Assembly (NCBI RefSeq): GCF_001194135.2
Contig: NC_068998.1
Location: forward strand, 51,624,981-51,688,980
Reading direction: 5' to 3'
Length of the DNA stretch: 64,000 bases
Origin: Octopus bimaculoides
Taxonomy: Eukaryota
Shown here: piece after piece, positions 1 to 12,216 of the stretch
Layout of the letters: each line of letters opens with the position of its first letter
Position numbering within the stretch: position 1 is the stretch's first letter
Program-made: the position numbers and the translations under genes
The notes under the pieces: model-generated
Database searches by the model: none
What the model saw: the letters and a program-made list of their open reading frames with translations, nothing else
What the model was told of the DNA's origin: nothing

Positions 1-57
1 AAAACCCTTTTTTTTCCCATCATTTTTTAAAATTATTTTATTTATGTATCATGTCAG

Positions 58-234
58 TTGTATTGGAAGGAGTTGATGTCGGAAAATATGTTGCTTGATT
101 TTAAAAAAGAAATTTTCTCTGTTCATTTCGTTTTTGTTTCTTTTTCTTTTAATTTTGTTTTGCTTTTTCATAAAACGCTAATATGTAACAGAAGGTTTAT
201 CTCAACTTCCCTCTTTCTGAATTGATCTTTTTGA
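58..234 (+). CDS. Speculative pair of short internal exons (58-120 LYWKELMSENMLLDFKKEIFS; 192-234 KVYLNFPLSELIFL) upstream of the 761 exon
   Basis: AG acceptors at 56-57 and 190-191, the second with a pyrimidine tract and CTAAT branch-like motif. Phases chain 0-0-1 into the 761 exon. Donors GTTCAT and GTATTG are weak. Confidence 0.2.
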
Positions 235-380
235 GTATTGATTCTTTGGACACTCATACATAAGGGGGAAAAAAAATGCAACAACAACTACCACCAACAC
301 CACAATAATAATAATAATAATAATAATAATGATGATGATGATCATCATCATGATGATGACGACGACAACGATGACGATCC

Positions 381-600
381 TTTCTACTAAAGGCACAAGG
401 CCTAAAATTTTGCGGTGGGAGGGTACTAGTGGCTTACATTGACCCCAGTGTTTCACTGGTATGGTACTTAATTTATTGACCCCAAAAGGATGAAAGGCAA
501 AGTCATCCTCAATGGAATTTGAACTCAGAACCTAAGGACAAGTGAAATGTTGTTAAGCATTTTGCCTGGTGTGCTAGTGATTTTGCCAGCTCACCACCTT
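381..600 (-). mobile_element. tRNA-derived SINE (family 1)
   Basis: Reverse complement of the family seen at 1773 and 11857, with B-box-like GAGTTCAAATTCC (plus strand ggaatttgaactc). Confidence 0.85.
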
Positions 601-760
601 AATAGTAATAATAATAATAATATAATATAATATAATATTGTTTCTAAACTACAGTGTTGCTGTCAGCTTAATAAATATGTTGCCGTGTATTGTTCTTGTT
701 GCTATCATAGTCATCATCCCACTCTTAGTTACCATTGTTATTATCTTCATTGTACTTTAG

Positions 761-808
761 TGCAAGGACAACTCACACCTGACCCTGTTATGACCAATCT
801 GTCTATTT
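761..808 (+). CDS. 48-nt symmetric phase-1 internal exon, xQGQLTPDPVMTNLSI
   Basis: tttag acceptor, T|gtatgt donor, open frame, and phase matches the 2479 exon (T+AT = Tyr). Confidence 0.5.
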
Positions 809-1772
809 GTATGTCCATGATTATATTCTACAATGGATCTTTTACATTTTTATGATGGTAGGTGTATTATTTGAGGGAGGTTTGGTTTTTATTTCCAGCA
901 GATTGGGCAAATATTTGGAGACATCCTCATCGGCTCACAACCTTTATTGTTGTTGTTGCTGTTGCTGTTTAGTGTCAGGTGACTTCAGCTCTAATCCAGC
1001 TGCTCCATAAGCAATGTTATTCCAGCTGTTACCATCTCATAATTCTTTCTTCCAAATAACCTAAATCAAATTACATTAAGTAATGTGTCTTTCGCCTCCT
1101 TTTGAGACAATTCTGTTCTGAAATGAGGGAAAATAAACTACTATTTCCAGCAGACTAAGCAACTACATTAGGCAGTGAGCTTGTAAAATTATTAGCAGCA
1201 TTTCTTCTGGCTTTTTACCTTCTGAGGCCAACTTTAGCTTTCATCTGCTCAGGTCAATAAAATGTAACACCAATCAAGTATGAGAGTCAATACAATCAGC
1301 TTGTGCCCTCCCCTTTGAAATACAAGCCTTGAATCTTGTAATGGACTAGTGTTGTAGTCAGGGGGAAGTGTTGTGACTTCAATGATTTACATACCTTGGA
1401 ACCTGGGTAATCAGCTTTCTGAGTCTAAGAGCTCAAGAAAAAAATATATTAAAATATACTGTTGTATAGAACCACCTCTTTGGCTTATCATTGCCGTCAT
1501 TTTTCTTATCCTCTTTGGCAATATTCTCAACACTGTTGTCATCAAAATCATTGTCCTCATTTTGTTATCATCTTCATTATTATCATCGTCAGCATCATCA
1601 TCGTGCCAGATGGCAAAAGTGTTATTGTTTATTTTGTCACATTCCTCAACTTATTTCTCATTGACTTTCATCTTTTTTCTCTTCATTTGTAACATTGCCA
1701 TTTTCATCATCTCTGTCATTATCATCTTCCATTTTTATCATCACTATTATTATTATTATTATCATTATCAAG

Positions 1773-1962
1773 GTGATGAGCTGGCAGAATCGTTAGCACA
1801 CCAAGTGAAATGCTTAGCGGTATTTCATCTGCTGCTACGTTCTGAGTTCAAATTCCGCCAAGGTTGACTTCACCCTTCATCCTTTCAGTGGCGGGGTCTA
1901 TAAATTAAGTACCAGTTGAGTACTAGGGTCGATGTAATCGACTATCCCCGTCCCCCTGGTCT
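1773..1962 (+). mobile_element. tRNA-derived SINE (family 1)
   Basis: gagctggcagaatcgttagc head and gagttcaaattcc B-box; many copies in the window. Confidence 0.85.
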
Positions 1963-2478
1963 TGCCAGTTCTTGTCAAGCCAGCCAACCCATGCTAACAT
2001 TGAAAATAGAAGTTAAATGATAATGATGAAAATAATCTATTTACTTTACTAAAAGGAGAATTATTTCTACTGACTGAGGGTTTTTGTAAAATAGTTTGCT
2101 AATTACAAAAATAATTTGTTTTAATTGGTAGAAGGAACTACTTTCAAAAATCAAAATAAGTCTGCAGCAAAATGAATTGTTTTACAGTCTGAAAACTTGA
2201 GTAAATCTGTCTCTGTTTTCATTCCCTCTCTCTGTCTTATTCTTCCAGTCTCCTTGTCTTTAACATTTTCCTTTCATCACCCAGTTTATTGATATATTTG
2301 AAAATGAAATATTCATAGACATAGTTTTTGTGTGTGGTGGTGGTGTGAGGAAGAAATAAGCTTTAACTAAAAATAAAACACAATCTTTCTTTTTCCTTAT
2401 ATTGCATATGATACCTCAATGAATAAATTAATTAAATTCACTATTTTTATTTTGTTTCTCCAAATAAATTATTTGCAG

Positions 2479-2690
2479 ATTGTCTCGATCAGAGGATAAT
2501 GTATGATGAATTGATAGATAAGAAAGAAGAAAATGGCATTTATTATAAAATGGATTTATTACCAAAAATCATAGAATGTCTAACTGGGTTTCCATTTATT
2601 AAGAAACGTTTTGCACACCATCTTGTGTACAAAGTTTTGCCTGAAATCAATATTTCAATTGATTTCCAATTCAGTGCTGCATCAGACTAA
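2479..2690 (+). CDS. Terminal coding exon of an unidentified protein (YCLDQRIMYDELIDKKEENGIYYKMDLLPKIIECLTGFPFIKKRF...AASD*)
   Basis: atttgcag acceptor at 2478, 70 open codons of ordinary protein composition ending in TAA at 2690; not repeat-derived. No family recognised. Confidence 0.62.
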
Positions 2691-2987
2691 GGACACTAGG
2701 TGACCTTGTGGTAGATTTGTTTGTCAGGTAGTTTTTTAATCATTTTAACCCATTTCATATCGACCTACCCAAAATCACCTCTAGTATCTATGATGCAAAC
2801 ATCTAAATTAAAATCCTCCTCCAAAATTTCATATGAATCTATGTTCCAAACACCAGTTTGTTAATGACAAAGTTATTTCCTTAAATTGTTCGGTTTTTTT
2901 CAAAATTTCATTAAAACAAAAGCAGCGTTTTTCGTTTTTGGATTTGGTTTACAAGATTCTTTATGTGAATTCGTGTGTTGAAGCATA

Positions 2988-3123
2988 TTTTATTGTGCCT
3001 GGGGAGAGACATTCTCTTTTAGTGCCTTATTATTTAATACACTTACCGGTTTGATTTCCAACCATTGAGTGTGTTAAATATTAAGGCACTAAAAGAGAAT
3101 GACTCTCCCCAGACACAATAAAA
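2988..3123. mobile_element. Foldback/MITE-like element: 56-bp inverted arms with a 24-nt spacer
   Basis: 2988-3043 is the reverse complement of 3068-3123 with 4 mismatches. A lone copy of the arm start (tattgtgtctggggagag) occurs at 10861. Confidence 0.8.
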
Positions 3124-4024
3124 GCAGTGTATTTTAACAGAAATATGGTTACAAAAGGCTTCAGCCTATTGAACGAATGCTATGGGGAAGCTGAAAAATC
3201 TGGGATGATACAAAAATATTTTAAGTGAAGTTTTCTAGTTTGTATATTTTGCTGAGTGATCTAGGGATTCATGTCATTGTTTCTCACAGTCTATCAAAGT
3301 TGATTTATTCATTTGAGAGTTCTTTGCCATTTACAACAGCATTGTAAATTTATGAAAATGACATTTACTTTGTGGTCAAAAGCTTTTCCAATATTATTGA
3401 GTAAATTTTTTCCAGGGAAATGAAAAAATACCAGGAATTTTCTTTGCAGCTTTAATTCTTGTTAAACTACCGGTGACAGAATACAGTGACCTTAAAAAAA
3501 AGATACTTGAAATAATGATTCCGCATATGTCAGGTCTTTTAGCTTTCAGTTTCTTTGATTGATTCTTATCCAAAATTTCTTTTAATTTCCTTTCATTCGT
3601 TTGTAATTTAATTTTAGTTTACAGTGACATGTTTTCCACCTGTCAACAGTATAAAATTAATGTTGCCGGTGTGGCTGTGTAGTAAGACCTTCTTAATCAC
3701 ATGGTTCTAGGTTCAGCCCCACTGCATGGCACTTTTGGACATGTGTCTTCTACTGAAGTCTTGTGAGTGTGGATTTAGTAGATGGAAACTGAAAGAATCC
3801 AGTTATATTTATACATACACATATCTATCTGCATGTGTATGTGTGTGTCTTTGTGCCTGTGTGTCCGTGTGTTCACCACCACTGCTTCATTTTCTATCAT
3901 CTTTTATTCATGTATACACTTCATTGTTATATTGGTACCTTTGTCACATCTTGGTATCTGCAACCTTCCAAGAGAATGCTATTTTTACTTCATGGTTACT
4001 TTATGAGATTCTTTATCTGGGAAT

Positions 4025-4814
4025 TTAACCCTTACAAACATCTTCAAAAGATACAGATCTCTCTTGAATCTGAAGATCACAATCTATACTTTGAAGATAA
4101 ATTATGGCAAAAATTCTACCTGTTCAACATGTATGGCATCAGGTGTTGTATTATTGAACAGTGATTTTTTTGCCTTTGACATTTCAAAGACTGTGTATCA
4201 AAATGAAACTAGAGTTAAGAGAAATAAATTAATTTTGCAATTTCATTTGGCAAATAATGTGTTTGTAACCTTCCTCTTTTTTTCTTTTTTTTCTCTTGGC
4301 ATTCTTTGTCATTCTGGACATGGATTCCGACTACAGGAACCCAAAGAAATGATTCATCTGTTCACAAAAATTATCATTGGAAACATCACTGAGAGATACC
4401 ATAGAGTGTTAAACCTCCCCACCACCACCACCACCACCACCTTTAGTTAGCTCTTCTACCATAATTTGTTTATACAGAAAATTTCCTATACATTTGATTG
4501 TATAAATTCTTTGAGCTTTTCTCATTATACACAATTCAATTTAGGCTGGTTATTACATTCATTCTAAAAAATTCTGTAAAGTATATTTTTGTCCATTTTT
4601 TTTTTCTAAAGTAAACTATCCATTTATTATATTTTTTTTTTTTTTTTGTCAGAGCTGAGAAATTAACTCAGCGTTACCAAAGAACAGAAGCAGTAAACAA
4701 AAAAAATGGCGTGTTTCTTGACACTCCACATTGGCCAATCTCTGTCATTGTTGTGATTCTTGTCTTTAATCCTTCTGACACCCATGACTGCTCCTGGTTC
4801 TATGGTACCAATTA
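4025..4814 (-). CDS. Speculative exon chain of a - strand gene (4814-4678, 4330-4270, 4190-4120, 4069-4025)
   Basis: Each piece is AG-flanked and open, the first three end at GT, and phases chain 1-0-1-0 to TAA at 4027-4025; AATAAA about 120 nt downstream. The GTTACA donor is weak and the last intron is only 50 nt. Confidence 0.25.
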
Positions 4815-6432
4815 CTGTTTGAAAATAATCTAAATTAAAACTATCCATCAACATTCCAATTTAATTTATGCCCCAAACACCGACTCAATAACGGCAGTTA
4901 GGCAGTTATGTTAGTAAATCATTTGATATTTTCAAAATTAATTGGAACAACAGCTTTGTATTTCACTAAAAATACAGTAACAAAAGGTTAAATAAGTCAA
5001 CTGGAAAAAGATTGCTGTTCTCTATCACTTGGAAATGTTTTTAACAAGGAAACTCATACTTTCTATGCACATTTTTCATTATTTTCTACATTTCTTTGCA
5101 TCAAATGTCCAGTATCAAATCTCTATACTATGTCGTTGATATGTTCTTTTTCATAATTTAGTTTTAAGTTTGTGGTGTTGTATTCATTTCTGTGTTGATT
5201 CTTTAGGTGCTGTAGATGACTCAGACATTTTGTTTTTAGTTTCTTCATGAGTAGAAGGTTCAGCTTTTCAGCAGCAATAAGTAGCAGCCATGTCTCCCTA
5301 TAATATCCTCTGTAATCACACATGATGCAACAGATCATCATCACCATCATCATCATGTTCTTTTTTCCATAATTGCTTTGGTCAGATGGAATTTGTTAAG
5401 GAAGAATTTCTATAACCAGGTACCCTTCTTGCTGCTCTTTCTGCTCTGTTTCCAAGCAGGGTAGTATTCCCCCCCCCCATGAGCAGACATGTTTTCGTGG
5501 AAGATTACAAATGAAGGGATCACTTATATACCAGTAATGCTCATTTACAACAGTCATGTGACATCAAAATGAGGAGACACACAACGAATTTCTTTCAGTT
5601 TCTATCTACCAAATTCAAATCCACAATCCTCCGCTTGATCTTTGGCTGCACTAGAAAAAAGATACTTGTGCCAAGGGTTATACAGTAGGACTGAACTTAA
5701 AATCACATGGTTGGCAAACAAATTATTCAACCATGCGTGCACCTTGCCAGAAAATTGTAAAACCATTATTTTCCTGCCAAACCAAGTTAAATAAATTTTA
5801 TCAATCACTCCCATCTTCATTAAAGCTACTGATAAAGCCCTTGAGAATCTAGCTTCATTGCAATTCTAAATATATATATCAAAACGAGTCCATATATTTA
5901 TTTATTCATAGCCAACACTGTATTAGCACTGTAGTAAGTTTTGTCAGGCCATTAATCTTGTACCATTAATTAAACGAGATACCTCAGACTTAACTTTCGT
6001 TCACAATTTGCTAAATTGTCTTCTGTTACAATTATAGACATTTTGGGAATGTATGTGTGGATGAATCTTGTTAAATAACAATGGAAATTGTTTAGTTGAG
6101 CCAAGCTGACAGAAAAAGCCTTCATGGTCTTTAATTCACATTGTCATCATCATCATCATCAGCAGCAGCAGCGTTATTAATGTCCATCATTTTAATGTCC
6201 ACTTTTGCATGCCTGCATGTGTAAGACGGAACTTGCTGAAGCAAATCTTTTTGTTGCCGGATGTCCTTTTTGTTACTGTCCCTCACTTGTCTAAGCAAAT
6301 AATATATTTTCTGTGGTAGACTGGAAATGAACTACACTGCTTGTATGATGGTGATGCTCATTTACAACCATCATGTGATCTTAAAACAAGAGCACACACT
6401 AACATACACATGTATGTATATATATATATATG

Positions 6433-6464
<32 letters not shown>

Positions 6465-7940
6465 AATATTTATATGAGGGGGAATGTAGCAACAAAAAAC
6501 ATGTGCTTTGAGGAAACATATGTAGCAATGCATCAAAAGACTTATGAATTTCCATCCAAGACTTCTTGTTATTGCTATATTTATCCTACCCTATAGCAGC
6601 ACCACACAAATAACCATTCCATAGAATTAATCTGGAAGATTGGAATATGTGGTAGCCCAAATGAACAGCATAGGAACTTTTTATGAGCACACTCAAAACG
6701 TTTCACATAAATGAACTCTAAGGATGTGTGTGTGTGTGTGTGTGTGTGTTATAGGTTTCTTTCAGTTTCCATCCACTCATTCCACTCACCAGACTTCAGT
6801 GAGCCCTGTGCTACACCAGAAGACACTTGCTCAAGGTACCATGTAGAGCACATAACTGGGAAGGAAGCTTCCCCATCACTCAGTCCCCCACCTGTACCTT
6901 ACAACCACACCTGAATAAATACATGTGGATGTGAGGTTGTATTCACAGAATTTCAAACTGTTTCATTATTCATTGTCCAACCACTGACTGGGAATAATGC
7001 ACAAGGAATAGATCTATAATTATTTATCATAGAATTTAACTTATGACAATTCAGCACAAGAGACTCTACCAAGTTGAAATCTAACACCATTTGTATGAAG
7101 GAGAGCATTGTAGATCACAGGAAGACAAGTACTTTCATTTTAGCACATGATGATATCAGAATACTTGATATCAAGTTCTCTAGTGTTTCTAAAAATCTTC
7201 AATGTTTTGTGTATTGCCTGGAACTAGATAGAATTATGTACAAGATTGTTTCCTTGATCTAAGTCTCTGTGTCTCTGTGTTGTTGGAACCATCTAAATTG
7301 TGCTGACTTTATTTGGAGGCTGTTTTTGCAATCTCTGTTAATCAAAGTGGTACAGGTTTGGCAGTGGTTGTTATGAAGATCTGTAAGTAGAAAGTGAAAG
7401 AGACATCGGTTTTAATGTTCGTTATTCCATGCAATGAAAGATTTAAAAAATCTAATGAGAACCAAGACTAACACTGTTTGTAGGTAATAGAAAAGGCATT
7501 TTAATTTTCGACAGCCATGCTGATTTGAGGAGACAAAATGTGATTTCATGCTGAAATATATATACATGTGTGTATATATGTTTGTGTGTGTCTTTGTGTC
7601 TGTGTTTGTACCCCACCACCACCACCACCACTTGACAACCAGTGTTGGTGTGTTTACATCCCTGTCACTTGGTGGTGTGGCAAAAGAGACCGATAGAATA
7701 AGTTTCAGGCTTGAGAAAAAAATAAGTGCTGGTGCTGATTCATTCAACTAAAATTCTTCAAGGTGTTGCCCCAGCATGGCCACAGTCTAATGATTGAAAC
7801 AAGTAAAAGATATTAATATATTAGGCGAAAAAAAATCCTATGGATAAAATATGTTGAAGGCTGCATGTAGGATATGAACCCACATCAGCTATGAACATGA
7901 CAGGTGTTTTGCTGTACTGGAGTATGTGTGTGTGTGAGCA

Positions 7941-7985
<45 letters not shown>

Positions 7986-8699
7986 AAAGTAACATGTGAA
8001 ATTTCTTGCATTAAAATGGTATTTTCTGAACTTGGACATCAAGAAGTATGGCTAAACAGAATCCTTTTATTGCGGGAATAAAAGATTTCAAATTTTGCAA
8101 ATAACAAATTCTTGTAAATTTAGAAAATGACTTCTCTCTTATGAAGAAGTTTTAAAGAAATCTTTGCTACCAACGTCTGGAATCTCCATGTAAAGTCTAT
8201 AGATGTGTTACTCAGTTGTCAGCAGATATACTATAGAATACTTATAAGTGGTCTTAGGAATCATTATATGCCATTCAAATTGTCAAACGATGGACATAAC
8301 TGAAAAACAACGCGTAATGGAATTTATTAGTTTATTCAGAAAGATGATATAACTGACCAGCTTTTATTTTTGAAGGAACTTGAAACGAGATGCTTGTTAA
8401 GATATTTTTGGAATTGCAGGCTCATATTTCACATCTGATAGAATATTTTGGAGTGTGTAGGAATTTGCATTGATAGAGCTTGAAATATTTTTGATATTCT
8501 CAGCAGTTTGTAACTTTGACAAGAAACGTGAATCTAAGCATGGTTATAATTTATTATTTCATTCACTGTGAAGTTCTCATAAATAAGAGCTTAAACAGTG
8601 AATTGCTGACTGAATGGGACAATGCTGTTCCTATGATCAATGTAATGAAGTCTCTAAAAAAATTGTATCGTTATATAGCTATAACTTTATATAACCCTA

Positions 8700-8915
8700 A
8701 GGCAGAAGGCCGGTAGAATCATTAGCACATGGGACAAAATATTAAGCGGCATTTCGTCTGTCTTTATGTTCTGAGTTCAAATGCTACTGCGGTCAACTTT
8801 GCCTTTCATCCTTTCAGGGTTGATAAAACAGGTACCATTGAACACTGGGATCAATGTAGTTAACTTACCCACTCCCCCAGAATTGCTGGCCTTGTGCCAA
8901 TATTTGAAACCAATA
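8700..8915 (+). mobile_element. tRNA-derived SINE (family 1)
   Basis: gtagaatcattagc head, ctgagttcaaat B-box and ggccttgtgcc tail. Confidence 0.8.
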
Positions 8916-9156
8916 TCAATCAATAAAAGGCAAAAGAACAGGAGTTGCATAATCACTTTCATTAGCTTACAGCTGTTTCTCCCATAAGAAGCATTACATT
9001 CAGAGTTGTGTCCCCATGGGACATCTTATTGCTTTCTTTTGGGTCATATATGTATATCTTATATTATACCTTGACGCTGTGTGGACTGAGATTCCTGTTG
9101 GTAGGCCATTGATATTAAACAAAGTGTTAAACACTTATGATATATGCAAGTTGGTG

Positions 9157-9600
9157 CCCCTAGGGGTCAGCCACATTTAAGTGGCAATATACTTCACCTT
9201 ATTGTGCAGTTACTGTTAATACCTCGTTTAGAGAATTAACATTGCTTGTTTTCACTTTTTCGATATCAGTGAATAATTTCACTGGAAAAAGATATATAAG
9301 TTTTGCCAGGAATTAGCTTTTTCATCGTAGATCGGTGGCTATCGGACGCTGACGAAGGGAAATAACCCTGAAACTCGAGTCCGTTCGTGCTACAGATCAC
9401 GATGAGAGGGATAACTTCCCTTGGCAAAACAAAAAATAGACAGGACACAGAAGTGTGTCGATAAGCCAGCTGGAGGAGATGTCCTCCTGGGGCTAAAAGC
9501 AACAGTAACATCCACCCCTAGGGGTCAGCCACATTTAAGTGGCAATATACTTCACTTTATCGTGCAGTTACTGTTAATACCTCGTTTAGAGAATTAACAT
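9157..9600 (+). mobile_element. Retrozyme-like / Penelope-derived non-autonomous element: 358-nt unit plus 86-bp terminal direct repeat
   Basis: 9157-9242 equals 9515-9600 (84/86 identical). The interior holds a hammerhead ribozyme and several hairpins, has no ORF, and abuts a (TA)n tract at 9601. Confidence 0.8.
9335..9393 (+). ncRNA. Type I hammerhead ribozyme, minimal form with palindromic stem III
   Basis: Stem I CGGACG(9343-48)/CGTTCG(9382-87); core CTGACGA 9349-55; stem II AGGG-AAATAA-CCCT; GAAA 9370-73; stem III AC-TCGA-GT; GTC triplet 9379-81, predicted cut 9381/9382. Confidence 0.9.
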
Positions 9601-9635
9601 ATATATATATATTTTTATATATACTCATATATGTT

Positions 9636-9678
<43 letters not shown>

Positions 9679-10457
9679 TAGACATAAGTTTCATAAACTA
9701 CAAAATATAAATATCCACACCACCACATTTGAAACATACCTGTTATAACACTTTATCCCGATTTGAATGTATGTGAAGGTATTTAGAAGGCCCAAACTTA
9801 TTTCTGCAAATGTGCTAAGCGCTGGTGCTGATCATAGTTTAATCAATAAGTGTAGGAGCAAGGTAAATGTAGTAACAATAAGGGGTCAGTGGGAGCTACA
9901 TTTAAGTGGCCCTTTAGAAATTAAACCTCCTTATGATACTCACTGGAAGTTCATGATATGAAATTCATTGTCATTGCTCCAGTTTGGTCATCAATGCCAT
10001 GTATTTAGTTTAAAATGCAGAAAAAATAGGTGAGGGTTAGTGGGACACTTAGGTGGCCCTTAAAAAAAATAGACCCCCTTAGGATATTCCCTAGGATTGG
10101 GGGAGTTGCTGGTTTGAGTTTCGTTGTCCTTGCACCAATGGATTAGGAGGAGTTAACAAACATAAAAACATAATGGATAGAGAAACATCACTCAAATTTA
10201 TGATAGGACATACAAACACACACAAACATACATATAAACAGGAGAGAATTGTAGTTCGGTTGAAGCATTGTGTATTGTTTGTAAAGAATAAAAAGTTTTG
10301 AATCGTACAACAATGCAATAATTATAAACGTTGTGGTGTCATCAGTCATCCTGACAAAATGAAAACACTCAAAGGTTTGTGGAGCTTGATCACTCACAAA
10401 AGCATCAATACATTAATTAAATAAGTGATTAACTCCATTCTTGGTCACTAGTGCGAA

Positions 10458-10600
10458 GGTGCGTGGCTTAGTGGTTAGGGCATTCAGCTCATGATCGTTA
10501 GGTAATGAGTTCAATTCCTGGCAATGCATTGTGTCCTTGAGTAAGTCACTTTATTTCCCGTTGCTCTAGTCCAAATCGGCAAAAATGAGTGATACCTGGA
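10458..10600 (+). mobile_element. tRNA-derived SINE (family 3)
   Basis: A-box TGGCTTAGTGG (10464-74) and B-box GAGTTCAATTCC (10507-18), followed by gtgtccttgagtaagtcacttta. Confidence 0.75.
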
Positions 10601-11856
10601 TTTCAGAAGGTTAGATTAGAGATCAATGAAGTATGGTAGCATCTTTCATAGGCATTGTTGGAGTTGATAACATTTGCTCAAAACATTGCATAGCTGGATT
10701 GAACTCAAAACCATTTGGTTGCTCAGTAAAATTCTTAACCAAACTGTCAAACCAATGTCTACATGAGAAGTTTTGCATATAATTGAATACAAAGCTTTCT
10801 ATAAAGATACACACTAATATACATGTGTATGTGTGTGTGTGCTTTTGTGTCTATATGTTTTATTGTGTCTGGGGAGAGCATATACATACATTCACCTACA
10901 AACACACACTCTCTCTCTCTCTCTCTCTCTCTCACATAAATACAAATCTCTCATTTCTATTTTCAGTTAGAAATTTCAATTTGTCACTTAAAAGATAGTA
11001 TCATTTATCAAAAATGATGCTAGAATTGAATTTTAAAAATATTAAGAAAGAATGATTTCCAGTGTATTCTAAAAAACAAAAAGCTAGAATAAAAACATTA
11101 TTATTATTATTATCATTATCATCATCATCATCATCATTATTATTATTATTTAATTTTTGATTTATGTTATTTTTACTTCAATGAATTTTTTTGCTTCTCT
11201 GATAAAAATCTTTGATTATTCCAAAACTTAAATTAAAAGAACTGAAAAATATCTCTCTTACTTTTGTTCTTGTTCTTACTGCTGAACTGAAGAAAGAGGA
11301 TTTTTTTTGTTTTTTTAATATTTTTCGTCTATCAGGAAGAAAGAATTTACTAATTAAAAATTATCTATATATTGCATAATTTCTGATTAATATTTTACAG
11401 TTTTTAATTCTAATTAATTTAATTGAGAAGACCCAGCAACTAAAGTGAGATTGCAGACATAGCCGGTGTTAGTGTTGCATGTCCAGCTCATTTAAGAGTG
11501 CCTTTGATGCGTTGGGCAATATGGTATGATATGATATGCTTGAAAAGACCTGTTGAGTCAAGTAAAACCAAAATCGTAGCTGTGACCAGCGCCCCCTGAC
11601 TGGCTCTCATTCCGGTGGCATGTAAAATACATCATTCGAATGTAGTCAATGCCAATGTCCCCTGACTGGCTCCTGCACTAGTGGCATGTAAAAAGCACCA
11701 TCCGTATGTGATCGATGTCAGACCCACATGAACGGCCCCTGTGCCGGTGGCACGTAAAAAGCACCCATCCATGCATACATGCATGCTTCCATGCAGGCAA
11801 CATATACGTGTTATACCATGTTATGTTTACTTTGTATTATATATATACGGCTGGAA

Positions 11857-12046
11857 GGCGGCGAGCTGGCAGAATCGTTAGCACGCCGGGCGAAATGCTT
11901 AGCAGTATTTCGTTCGTCTTGACGTTGTGAGTTCAAATTCCGCCGAGGTCAACTTTGCCTTTCATCTTTTCAGGGTCGATAAATTAAGTACCAGTGAAAC
12001 ATTAGAGCCCCCAAATTTCAGGCCTTGTGCCTTTAGCAGAAAGTAT
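11857..12046 (+). mobile_element. tRNA-derived SINE (family 1), CpG-intact copy with internal deletion
   Basis: ggcggcgagctggcagaatcgttagcacgccgggcg head; B-box GAGTTCAAATTCC at 11929-41. Confidence 0.88.
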
Positions 12047-12216
12047 TATATATTGCGGGTTCGTTTTTATTTCTTTCTCCTTCATGTTTCGATTCCTATT
12101 TCCAGCAGCTTCACTTCTTTGTCTGTTATTTACATAAACCATTAAGGAAGGGATAAGCATCTCACCCTACCAACTTTGCAGCCATTTCCTAGTCAATATA
12201 TATAAAATATACTTAC

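Noticed and set aside
7200-7390. Strong splice signal at 7382 (- strand acceptor or + strand GTAAGT donor)
   Set aside because: Ambiguous strand. The - strand frames close within 41 codons with no recognisable product, so no exon was called.
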